From: Octopus sinensis
Lineage: Eukaryota
DNA length: 64,000 nt
Direction: 5' to 3'
Assembly (NCBI RefSeq): GCF_006345805.1
Contig: NC_043003.1
Span: 71,424,001 to 71,488,000, forward strand
A program made the translations under genes and the position numbers. The notes under the pieces are model-generated. The model saw only the letters and a program-made list of their open reading frames with translations. It was not told where the DNA came from and made no database searches. The stretch's first letter is position 1, and the number at the start of each line of letters is the position of its first letter. This document shows positions 1 to 10,859 of this stretch, piece by piece.

Positions 1-97
1 ACACACATACTCTTTTACTTATTTCAGTCATTTGACTGTGACCATGCTGGAGCACTGCCTTTAGTCGATCAAATCAATATATATTATATATACACAT

Positions 98-395
98 GCC
101 CTAATGGTTAGAGCAGCAGACTCGTGGTCAAGGGATCAGGGGTTCAAATCTCAGGACAGGCAATGTGTATGTTTTTGAGTGAAAACATCTAAGTTCCATG
201 TGGCTCCAGCAGAAGGTAATGGTGAACTTCTACTGACTCTTTCACCCCAACTTTCTCTTATTCTTTCCTCCTGCATCTAATAGCTCACCTGCGACGGACC
301 AGCGTCCCGTCCAGCTGGGAAACCTATATACCAATGAAACTGGGAAACCAGCCCTTATGAGCCCAGTATGGCTCAAGAAGGAACAAACAACAACA
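98..395 (+). mobile_element. tRNA-derived SINE with V/Meta-SINE-like central domain
   Basis: A box TAATGGTTAGAGC, B box GGTTCAAATC, central CCTGCGACGGACCAGCGTCCCGTCCAG, (AAC)n tail. Confidence 0.6.
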
Positions 396-750
396 TATAT
401 CATAAATATACGCACATATATACATTATATAAAGGAGTTTACATCAGGGTAACTCCAGGAAATAGGTATATACTCTGAATGCTCAAATTGGTATGCCACC
501 AAAATTCCAGTTGAAACTGCAGTTGAAGATATGATTTTGTAACTGCCTTTCTAAAGTGACTAGAAGTGGCTTTCTCTTGAGCTGGTAGGTATATATATTA
601 AAGTAGAAAAGAAAAGGCAAAGAGTTTGGCAAGACTTGACAGGTACATTTAATTTAAGTATATAATAAAAGCATGAGATAATCTCTAACAGATCACAACA
701 ATTATCGTTGATGGGGAATATTCTTTCACCATTACATATATTTAACTATC

Positions 751-840
751 TCTCTCAAATGATGGGATACTTAGCCTATGGAATCCTTGCTCAGCATGAT
801 GTTCCAATAGCTGGGATATTCTAGAAACAGCTGTTAGAGA
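751..840 (+). ncRNA. Degenerate type I hammerhead-like motif
   Basis: TCTCT-CAAATGA-TGGGATA...TATTCTA-GAAA-C-AGCT-G-T-T-AGAGA. Stems I, II and III can pair but the core is decayed. Confidence 0.35.
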
Positions 841-1531
841 CTATGTAAACCTTTTATTATACAGCTAAATTAAATGTCCTTGTCAATTCTTGCTAAACTG
901 TTTGCCTTTTCTTTTCTACTTTAATATATATATTTATACACACATTCACATATGCATATAGATATACACACACACACACACGTGTGAGAGTGTACATACA
1001 TATATGCTTCATGTATTATGTGAATGTATTTTTATGGATAGATATATAAATCAATATATATACATACATATATGGTCAAATGCAAACTTAAATAACATGT
1101 ATAGCAATGTATTTGTGAGTGTATAAAGAGATATATATGTACACACACACACAAATATAAAACATAAATGCACATCCATACACACACACAAACAAGAACT
1201 CTAAAGTCCACAAAATTTTGTGGAATTTTAAGAAGGCATTTTCTATGGCTTACATTAAACTGGAGGGGTGGGGGAAATGCAAAAAAAAAAGCAAACAAAA
1301 AGAAATGTAAATAATATCAAGTTTAAAAAATGTAAACTAATACCTTGTTTAATGTTCATGGAAATGTGTATTTTTTTTATTTCATAAAAAGTGATTCTGA
1401 TTTTGTTGAATATCTATTATAAAATAAACCATTCTTTGAAAATAAAAGATAAATAAATGCTAGAGTTATAGGATCTGATTTTTTTTTTGTATAATGTATT
1501 GCTGCCACTTCAGCTCACATTACCAGTAATT

Positions 1532-1779
1532 TTAAATTATTTCTTGTTTTTTGGGTCGGAAGTAAACATATTTGGTCAACATTGAAACAATACATGGCAT
1601 TTGTTTCTTTTTAGATGTGAAATCTTCATTGGTACATGATTCAAAGTCATAAGCCACAATGTGATTGACCAATGTTAACATGTGCATTAGCTCCATTTCT
1701 TTTCCATGGTTCTCCAAAATAATACATAGTGCCTGGATAAACCAGGAACCTTCTTCATTATTACGCCAAGAATAATAAC
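1532..1779 (-). CDS. Caspase terminal coding exon (p10 small subunit)
   Basis: GT + YYSWRNNEEGSWFIQALCIILENHG...KQMPCIVSMLTKYVYFRPKKQEII*. TTTCAG acceptor, phase matches the upstream exon, TAA at 1534-1532. Confidence 0.97.
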
Positions 1780-2212
1780 CTGAAATTAGAAATGAACAAA
1801 AATTAGGTGTAAGTTTTTATAACTGTAAGGAATACATTTTAAACTGTAATTTATTTGAAATTATTTAAAAACAAATAGGCTGCATTAATTAGTGAACAAA
1901 ATACAAATGTGACACAATAAAAAAGAAATAAGTCATTGACACAACATTAGTTCAACAAACAACAACCATAATTTCTGAGGAGTCTATATAAAAAATTTCT
2001 TTACAGAAGTAATCAAAATAGATATTTTCATTGAACCTTCCAATATTTACTTGTTGTTATTTCTAGTTTTATGTACTTCACAATCCACCATTCCAAAATA
2101 GATTACATGTATTTAATTTTTCTTCACTGTTTCACTTGGCTCAATTATTATTGATGAAAATTGGATAAGTTTGGTGTAAGAATAGTGAAAAATCAAAATC
2201 AAACATTTATAT

Positions 2213-2494
2213 GATGTTGTTGTATTTAGGAATGATCATTTTGCCAGTTTAGCCAATAAAAACACACGCACTATATATTTGGTGTTAATTTGCTTCAGCG
2301 TTATTTATTTTTTTTACATTAATCTTAATCTTATTTCGGCCAGAGTTCTTTCGTCACACTTCTGCAACCTCATCAGTGGTCCTTTGCTTTCTTCTTTCTT
2401 ATTTATGTGTCTCTCCTTACTAACGGTCAGCCATTTTGTATTTTGTATTATTGGCTAAACTGGTAAAATGACCATTCCTAAATACAACAACATC
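2213..2494 (-). mobile_element. Penelope-like pseudo-LTR fragment with 47-bp inverted arms
   Basis: Homologous to 33830-33990. Arms 2213-2259 and 2448-2494 are near-perfect reverse complements. Confidence 0.75.
2338..2382 (-). ncRNA. Minimal type I hammerhead ribozyme, core intact
   Basis: GGACCA-CTGATGA-G-GTTGC/AGAAGT/GTGAC-GAAA-GAAC-T-C-TGGCC. Confidence 0.65.
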
Positions 2495-3029
2495 TGTTTC
2501 AACACACGATTTCACATCAAGAATCTTGCAAAACAAATATATAAACGTAATTTATATGATGAGTATTTATAAATCAGGTTTGTAGATTGAACTGTTAATA
2601 TATTTTGTAGATTGAATTGTTACTTAATATATTTTGTAGATTGAATTGTTATTTAATATATTATATTGAAATGTAGTTTGTTGTAATTGACCGTGATAAA
2701 TTATTCCAAGCTGTAAATTATTGACTGTAGCTGTAATATGATTTGCATGGGTGTAATGCATTGTTCTGAGCTAAATATCTATATTGATAAAAGTGTAATT
2801 CTGTCTGTCTATATCTCAGTCTACATTTGCTCTACATAGACATATTATATCTTTTTGGAATCAAGATGATCCCAAGATTGAAAATCTGCCCTTCATTTGG
2901 TTCTTGAACATCCAGCATTGGGATCTGATTTAAAAGCATTTGGGTTGCTATTTCTAGCAGGTAAAACAACTGTGAGAGGTACAAGAATTAGCTCCCTTAG
3001 CTTTAAGTTTTACTATGGAATTTAGTGGT

Positions 3030-3240
3030 TCTTTTATCTTTTTGAGTCATCAGACTGCGGCCATGCTGGGGCACTACCTTGAAAACTTTTAATCGAACAA
3101 ATCAACACCAATTCTTTCTTTTTTATGCCTGGTATTTTTTTATTGGCCTACTTTACTGAACCGCTAAGTTATGTGAACATAAACATTATCAAGTGGTGGT
3201 GGGGGACAAATACAGACACAGTCACAACACACACACATCT
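3030..3240 (-). mobile_element. Partial abundant tRNA-derived SINE (3' half)
   Basis: GACTGCGGCCATGCTGG...ACCGCTAAGTTA motif shared with the full copies at 7617, 15364 and 54769. Confidence 0.7.
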
Positions 3241-3544
3241 CGTATTCAAATTTTAAAAGGACTCCAAAAGTTTGTGAAGTTACAAGTTTTTCATTTAAAC
3301 TGAATTCAAAGCAATACCATATTGGTAGGGTACCAATAAATGCTTTATTATTATTGCTCTCTTAGTTTTGGGCTACAGGCCTAATTAGCCCTCCACAAGA
3401 GCTAGATTAAAAGTCCACATGGTGTGTGGCTTTTAAGCTAGTATTGCATATGTTTAAAACGTGATCAACTGTAACAAAAGATTTGTTCTATAACAAAATG
3501 AAATTATTTATGATTTTCATATTTAGTGTTGAAATACATGTATA

Positions 3545-3875
3545 ATTCTAGCGTTCTCATTTTTGTTTCTGTTCCTGTTTTTGTTCTTGTATACATTCAT
3601 TTTCCTTTCCTAGAAGCATAATGTTTTTAGCTTAAGTCTCTGACACTTGCAGGATTTGAGTAGACTTGGAGATAAGGGGGCGAAACTACAAGGACTTTCT
3701 GGACTCCAACTGATGAAGAAATCAGCTGCGAATGATTCATGTATTTTGTTTTTGTCCTGTTTGCCATTTGTCATGCTATCATCTATTTTTCAGCATGTTG
3801 TGTTTTGTTGGTTTCTGTTTGTTGCATTCTTTCTGTCCTACCTTTGATTTATACATGCAGCACTCCATACAACCT
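3545..3875 (+). mobile_element. Repeat family B copy 1 (carries permuted hammerhead-like motif at 3660-3716)
   Basis: Clear homology to 6900-7228 over about 330 bp, and distant similarity to the minus strand of 34426-35682. Confidence 0.7.
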
Positions 3876-3924
3876 GTTGTTTACTTTGTTAAAAAAAGAT
3901 ATCCCTTGAATATTATGTATGACT

Positions 3925-4240
3925 CTCACTCTCTCTTCCTCACTTTCTCCCTTATTCCTTCCTTCTCTCTGTCTCTCTTTCTTTCTCTCTATTCCCTTCC
4001 CTTTCATTCCTCAGTCCCTCTGATTTCATTTTCCCCTCTCTTGTATTCCTCAATCCCTTTTCCTCCCTCCTGCTTATTCTTCAATCCTTTTGCTTTCCTT
4101 TTTCACTTACCTTCCTTGTACCTTTTTCTCTCTCTCTCTGCCTCTATCTATCCCCCTCTCTCTCATTCTTTAGTTCCTCTGATTTCTTTCCCCTCCCTCC
4201 TATTCTTTAGTCCCTCTGTCCTTTTAACTCCTCTCTCCTA
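3925..4240. repeat. CT-rich low-complexity tract
   Basis: Pyrimidine-dominated imperfect CT/CCT repeats. Confidence 0.8.
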
Positions 4241-5997
4241 CCATGTGATTGCTGTCTGGCTAAGGCACTGTCATCTTTTTTTGACGAGCCACCTTTCAAA
4301 CTGGTCATGTTCATCTGTGTGTTAAGATTTTCCATTTTTCCTTTGCGCCAGCTTACTACATTCATCTGATAGTCAAAGGACCCTTTTTGTTATCTCTTAT
4401 TATAAAAGGCAGATTTTATCTGCCTCCCTTTGGGAGTTATACAAATCTACAATATAGGATTTCTTCAATTACAATTTACCTAGCATTTTTAAGAGTACAA
4501 TGCATCGCGTCATACCAGGTCCAGTTTTTAAAATTTAAACTCCAATTAAGCAAAATTTACAGAAAACTCACATTCTGGTGTGTGTGTCAAATGCTTTTCT
4601 TAGTCTGGTTTACAGCACACGCAAACGCACACACACAGTGTGCAATGAATAAACTGAAACTAATTCACTGTGTGTTGACAGGTAGAAAATAGAATGCGAT
4701 GGCGATGGCTATGGCGATGGCGATGGCTATGGCGATGGCGATGTAATATTTGTTTCTCTCTATGACGCTCATAAAAGCATTGATGTACATGTGTGCGTGC
4801 GTGAGTATGTGTGTGTCATTCCTCACACACACGCATACACATACATATATGAGAGTGGCAAACACAAACGTTTCAAACAACTACATACAAACACGTGTGT
4901 GTTTGTTATTAGTAAAAAAAGGCGCCAAAACACAACTCACTTATCATTCCAACACATTTGCAAAGACACACGGACGGTCGAATAACAATACAGAAAAGGT
5001 AAATTGGTTTTTATTTTACTCTGTATATATTTTATTATATAATATTATATATAGATATATGTATATATAATTGCACCAAACCGCCCGAAAAAAATTTTGG
5101 TTAATGTGACCAAGCCGCCCGAATTTACCTATTCATATTTAAATGAGAATATCAGAGTAAATCTCTTTAGAACATTCGTGAAAACACGTATTATACTTCG
5201 TAAACAGTTCAACTACAGTTTTGTACAAAAATCGAAGTGTAATTTTAATTCCGTGAATTATGGGAGGTTTTTTTCCGAAATTTGTTCCTATTGTGTTTTC
5301 AAAATTTGTAATTCTGACAAAAAATGGATACGAATTTCATTATATCAAGCAGCGAGTCAGAATTCGAAGGATTTTCTACTGAAGACCTTCATAAATCTAA
5401 CTCTATGACTGAATAAAAAAAGCATGTGGTATTTGATCTCAACCTAAACAAAGCGAAAGAAACGATAGTTTGTTATTTCCCACAACCTTAAATGAAATTA
5501 AGGCCTATTTTGCCATAAATATTATTATGGGTATTAGAAAGTTACCCAGAATAACAAATTCTATCGTAAAATTTTGTTGTATACCCAATTGAATATTAGC
5601 TAATAACCCATTTTCTATAGCGATGTTTGAACAAAATTTTAATAATTTTATATATTGTTGAATTTACCTGTATCTACCTGCAATTAGTCACTTTGTGACA
5701 AAAATTATAGTATAGAATTGGTTGAGAACATTTCACTAAATTATCTTCCAAAAATCAGATTAATGTATTCATAAATAAAAAATTTATAGTTGTTTAATGA
5801 AACCAGACTAAATTTATGATTACGTTAGAAATTAATTGAAACACATAAGGGGTGTATTTTGGTCAGAAATATAGTAACGAAAGGGTTAAGAAAAACCAAA
5901 AAATATTTTATTCTTTGTAAATGTTGTGTTCAAAATAACATTTTCTTTTAAGAATGTGTATATAACAAAGTATGTGTATATAACTACGTGGCTTATA

Positions 5998-6395
5998 TCT
6001 TTATATATAAGAGTGAAGTTGTGTGTCTGTCTCCTACGATTTAGATTCGTAACTACTCCCACATTTTGCGGTGTAGTTTAACCAAAAGCGGGTATCTTAT
6101 AGTCGTGATTCATATCGAGCCCTTCTGGGTATTAGCGCGCGTCTACGATGAGTCTACGATTTAAAAAAAATTTACCATCATATTTTTCCATTTTAATGCA
6201 TATTTTTCGTTATTATATAAGGGAAGTAACTCTCTAAAAATATCTACGATGTGTCAACGATTTAAAAAAAAAATTACCTTAATTTTTTTTCAATTTTTAA
6301 TGCATTTTTTTGCTATTTTTTGGCTATAACTCTCTAAAAATGCTTATATAGTTATTTCCCTTACAAACCCGAGCAATGCCGGGCGATACTGCTAG
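5998..6395 (+). mobile_element. Non-autonomous Helitron
   Basis: 5' TC preceded by A, 3' hairpin CCCGAGCAATGCCGGG, terminal CTAG followed by T, no TSD. Confidence 0.8.
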
Positions 6396-6519
6396 TCTAT
6401 TTATATTGTAATTGTACAATTATTTTCCTTTTGCTGTATAGTCGAAAAGCATTTGTTCATTGTGTATGTATAATTCTTTTTCTGCTGCACTTGTATTATT
6501 ATTAAAAAATGAAATGGAA

Positions 6520-6800
6520 ATTGTAGTTGTGATACCTGTGCCAGTGGCACATTAAAAGCACCATCCGTATGTGGCCGATACCAGCGCCGCCTTGACTGGC
6601 TTCCGTGCCAGTGGTACATAAAAAGCACCCACTACACTCACAGAGTGGTTGGCATTAGGAAGGTCATCCAGCTGTAGAAACACTGCCAGATCAGACTGGA
6701 GCCTGGTGCAGCCTCATGGTTTCCCAGACCCCGGTCAAACTGTCCAACCCATGCTAGCATGGAAAATGGACGTTAAATGACGATGATGATGATGATGATG
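6520..6800 (+). mobile_element. RTE-type LINE 3' tail
   Basis: AAAAGCACCCACTACACTC...GTTGGCATTAGGAAGG..CATCC motif and (GAT)n tail, repeated many times in the window and joined to an RTE ORF end at 38100. Confidence 0.75.
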
Positions 6801-6899
6801 AATGTTATGTTTGTCTGATAGTTGAAAGACTCTTTCTGTTATTTATTCATATGTATTCATATATGTACAAAAATGTTTTTACTTCTATTGTATAGCCGA

Positions 6900-7228
6900 A
6901 ATTCTAGCTTTCTTGTTTTTGTTTCTGCTCCTGTTTTCCTCCCTGTATACATTTATGTGCATTTCCCAGAGGCTTAATGGTTTTAGCTTAAGTTCCTGGC
7001 ACCTGCTGGATTTGAGTAGTCTTGGAGATAAAAGGGCAAAACTACAAGCACTTTCCAGTCTCTGACTGATGAGGAAATCGGCTGTGGATGATCTGTGTAT
7101 CTCGTTTTTGTCATGCTATCATCTATTTTTTCGCATGTTGTGTTTTGTTGGTTTCCGTTTGTTGTGTTTTTTCTGTCCTACCTTTGATTTATCCATGTGA
7201 CACTCTGTACAACCTGTTGTTTACTTTG
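6900..7228 (+). mobile_element. Repeat family B copy 2 (permuted hammerhead-like motif at 7016-7072)
   Basis: Homologous to 3545-3875. Confidence 0.7.
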
Positions 7229-7294
7229 TCGGAACAAGATTATTGGTTACAAGTAGATTTATATATAGTTAACACTTGATTATAGTTTTTAAAA

Positions 7295-7580
7295 AAAACA
7301 CTTAAATATTGGTTACAACTAGTAGGTTAAAATAGGATTACTGATTAAAACAGAATGCTGCTAAAACTAGATTAATGGTAAAAACAAGATTAACACAGGA
7401 TTACTTGTTAAGTCAAGAAAACTGGCAAAAAAAGGATTACTGATTAAAATGAGATTCATAGTGAAAGCAAGATTAAAACTAAAAACAAAATAATGATTGA
7501 CGCAAAATTAGTGGTTAATGCAGGATTACTGATTAAATCAGGATTACTGGTTTACAAATGGATTACTAGTTAAAGTAAAA
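7295..7580. repeat. Degenerate minisatellite (GGATTACTGATTAAAA-like)
   Basis: GGATTACT recurs about six times with variable spacers. Confidence 0.6.
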
Positions 7581-7616
7581 TGAATTTTTTTCTTGTACAG
7601 CAAATGAATCCAGAGT

Positions 7617-8024
7617 TACTCTCTTTACTCTCTTTTACTTGTTTCAGTCATTTTGACTGCGGCCATGCTGGAGCACCACCTTTAGTCGAACAAATCGACC
7701 CCAGGACTTATTCTTTGTAAGCCTAGTACTTATTCTATCGGTCTCTTTTTGCTGAACCGCTAAGTAACGGGGACGTAAACACACCAGTATCGGTTGTCAA
7801 GCAATGCTAGGGGGACAAACACAGACACACAAACACACACAAACATATATATATATATATACATATATACGACAGGCTTCTTTCAGTTTCCATCTACCAA
7901 ATCCACTCACAAGGCATTGGTCGATCCGGGGCTATAGCAGAAGACACTTGCCATGCAGTGGGACTGAACCCGGAACCATGTGGTTGGTTAGCAAGCTACT
8001 TACCACACAGCCACTCCTGTGCCT
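7617..8024 (-). mobile_element. Full-length abundant tRNA-derived SINE
   Basis: Head GGAGTGGCTGTGTGGTAAGTAGC...GGTTCAGTCCC, central TA/TG tract, (GTAAAAGA)n tail. Confidence 0.9.
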
Positions 8025-8440
8025 ATTTGTTATATCTTTTCAAAACATCTTTTTCAGCTGACTAACAGACTTTGGCAAATAGACTTTATTATGCAGTACT
8101 ATTACTACATATTTCTTGCTCAGAGATTTAAAACTAATTTTCTCTTTATGAGATCAGTGACTGCATATCACTGATCTCATTAAGGTTTCAGGGTTCAGTC
8201 CCACTGCGTGGCATTTTTGTAATTAATTTTTTCAAAGCTGGTCCTTATTCTATCAGTCTCTTTTACTAAATCCAAGTAAAAATTATTCACCCCCTTCTTT
8301 TTCCCCTCCTACCTAACTAAATAGAAAACATATATATATATATATCTATATAAAGGGAAAGTTTACGAAAATAAACAAAAGAAGGCAGGTGGTGTACAAA
8401 CAAACAAATGTATTAGTATAGCGCTCAGGAATAGAAAATG

Positions 8441-8478
8441 TCTTTTACGTTTCGAGCCTACGCTCTTCGACAGAAAGA
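8441..8478 (-). ncRNA. Minimal type I hammerhead in PLE-like terminal fragment (A6 replaced by U)
   Basis: TCTTT-CTGTCGA-A-GAGC/GTAG/GCTC-GAAA-CG-T-A-AAAGA, with palindromic ACGT stem III. Confidence 0.55.
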
Positions 8479-8728
8479 TACACAGAAAAAAACAAGGAGA
8501 CAAACAAGGAGAGAAAAAAAAATGTGTGTAGTAGCTAACGATCTATCATGGCGTCATATGCTTTCGGTGCAAATGGTTTTTTATACGTCACCAATTTTAC
8601 AATCCTGTAAATAATAATAATGGTATTTTCATATAAGCTTAAATCTTATGGCTATCACTATACAATGACTAAGAAAAATAGTCTAATAAACGGACATATA
8701 AGGCCTTGACTGAAAAAAGAAGGCTTTC

Positions 8729-8801
8729 CTATCTGCGTGGGAGTCGAACCCACATCCCTTTGTTAAGTTGACTAAGTGTGTTACCTTTACATCAGCAAAT
8801 C
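8729..8801 (-). pseudogene. tRNA-like Pol III unit (degenerate anticodon arm) in a ~320-bp tandem duplication
   Basis: 73 nt. Acceptor ATTTGC/GCAGAT, T arm GTGGG-TTCGACT-CCCAC, D arm TGT/ACA, T6 run 10 nt downstream. Partial second copy at about 9030-9062. Confidence 0.45.
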
Positions 8802-9819
8802 AGCCTCCCTTTTCCTGTCAAATTTAAGAACTACAATAGTTTGTGTTTGTTTTTTTATATGTAAACAAACTTTCTATATGCTTTCAGTGCGAATGTTTTT
8901 TTATATGGCATTGTTTTTACAAGCCTGTAAATAATAATAATGGCGTTTTTATATAAGCTTAAAGCAATCACCATGCAATGACTAAGGAAAATAGTCTAAT
9001 AAAGTGGCATATGAGCCCTCGACAGAAAAAAGAAGGCTTTCCTATCCGCGTGGGAGTCGAACTTGCCCCTTTATTAGATTATTATAAAATCCATTCTGTG
9101 TGTGTGTGTGTGTGTGTCTTCTCGGATCTCGGGCATCTTCCATCCGATTGCGCTCAAATTTGATATGTAGATACCCATGGTATCAGGGCATGTATAAGTC
9201 TTGAAAAAATTACAAAAATCGATTCCAGATGAGAATGCGATCGATAAAGCTGTGGGAAATTGTTTTTTCTTTGGTTGCACAATTGACTATATGGCGCTGA
9301 TAAGAGTTGTCTCCCTTAACAAGCATGCATATTTCATACAGAGTCAATCATTTTTCTTTCTTTTTCTTTTTCAACTACTGTTGAGTGCCAAACAAATTTG
9401 CCAAACTCAATTTAGTTACCTCCCTTGTGTTCTCCCAGTCAACAGCCTTATCATTACTGGTACTTTAAACTCTTCGGTTGCATATTTGTGTGAATAAATT
9501 CGTTTTTCTTTGGAATGGAAAAAAAGTCTATCTTTATTTCTTCTGTTGCTGGTGTCTCAAATTTAGATTAAATCAGTGTTTCTCAAAGGGGATGCCTATG
9601 GGACGGTCGGACAAATTGTTTTGAGAAAATTTGGTTTAAATGTTTGACAACTCAGCACTGTCCATTAGACGGGGGTGGCGTTTTGCTCGTATATATATAA
9701 ACATGTATATAATAATAATTATTTGAGGGAATATTAATCCTAACTTACAGGGAAAAATTCAATTTAGAAATACTATATCAAATTTCACACAATATAATAT
9801 ATATATATCATCATCATCA

Positions 9820-10378
9820 TCATCATTGTTTAGCATCCGTTTTCCATGCTAGCATGGGTTGGACGGTTCTACTGGGGTCTGTGAAGCCAGAAGGCTTCAT
9901 CAGGCCCAGTCAGATCTGGCAGTGTTTCTATGGCTGGATGCCCTTCCTAACGCCAACCACTCTGTGAGTGTAGTGGGTGCTTTTTACGTGCCACCTGTAC
10001 AGGTGCCAGACAGAGCTATCATCATCATTTAACGTTCGTTCTCCATGCTAGCATGAGTTGGACAGTTCGACCGAGGATCTGGGAAGCCAGAAGGCTGCAC
10101 CAGGCTCCAGTCTGCATTCTGGCTTCCCAGATCCCCGGTCAAATATATAAATTAGAAAAAAACCACCTTTTATCAATTCAAAATGAACAATTAAATTACA
10201 CCATCTAGAAAATCACATATAATAGAAATATTAAAATTTAAATAACAGTAATATACCGATGATTAAGTAAATTGCAAAAAATAATAAAAACATATATAAT
10301 TGGAATATATATTTAAGAAATGATTATAGTAAAAAATTAATAGTAGTAGTAAAAACATATATATATATATATATATAT

Positions 10379-10413
<35 letters not shown>

Positions 10414-10690
10414 TTAAGGTCTGCTTTCCATGCTAGCATGGGTTGGACAGTTCAACTGGGGTCTGGGAAGCCCGAAGGCTGCACCAGGCCAGTCAGATCT
10501 GGTGGTGTTTCTACAGCTGGATGCCCTTCCTAACGCCAACCACTCCGTGAGTGTAGTGAGTGCTTTTTATGTGCCACCGACACAGGTGCCAGATGAGGCT
10601 GGTGAACGGCCATGCTCGGATGGTGCTTTTTACATGCCACCGGCACGGAGGCCAGGCGAGGCTGGCAACGGCCACGATCGGATGGTCTTT
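9820..10690 (-). mobile_element. Cluster of RTE 3'-tail fragments with (CAT)n
   Basis: Three TTTCCATGCTAGCATG(G/A)GTTGGAC starts, each after a (CAT)n run. Confidence 0.75.
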
Positions 10691-10774
10691 GTTACGTATA
10701 TATGTATGTGTGTATGTATGTATATGTATATATATATATGTATGTGTGTGTGTGTGTGTATATGTATATGTATG

Positions 10775-10807
<33 letters not shown>

Positions 10808-10814
10808 GTATATG

Positions 10815-10859
<45 letters not shown>

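Noticed and set aside
470-530. GAAAC-TGCA-GT palindromic stem III signature
   Set aside because: No acceptable CTGANGA core or stem I pairing found; at most a very decayed relic.
8729-8801. Functional tRNA gene
   Set aside because: Mismatched 1-72 pair, no canonical 7-nt anticodon loop with U33; kept only as tRNA-like.
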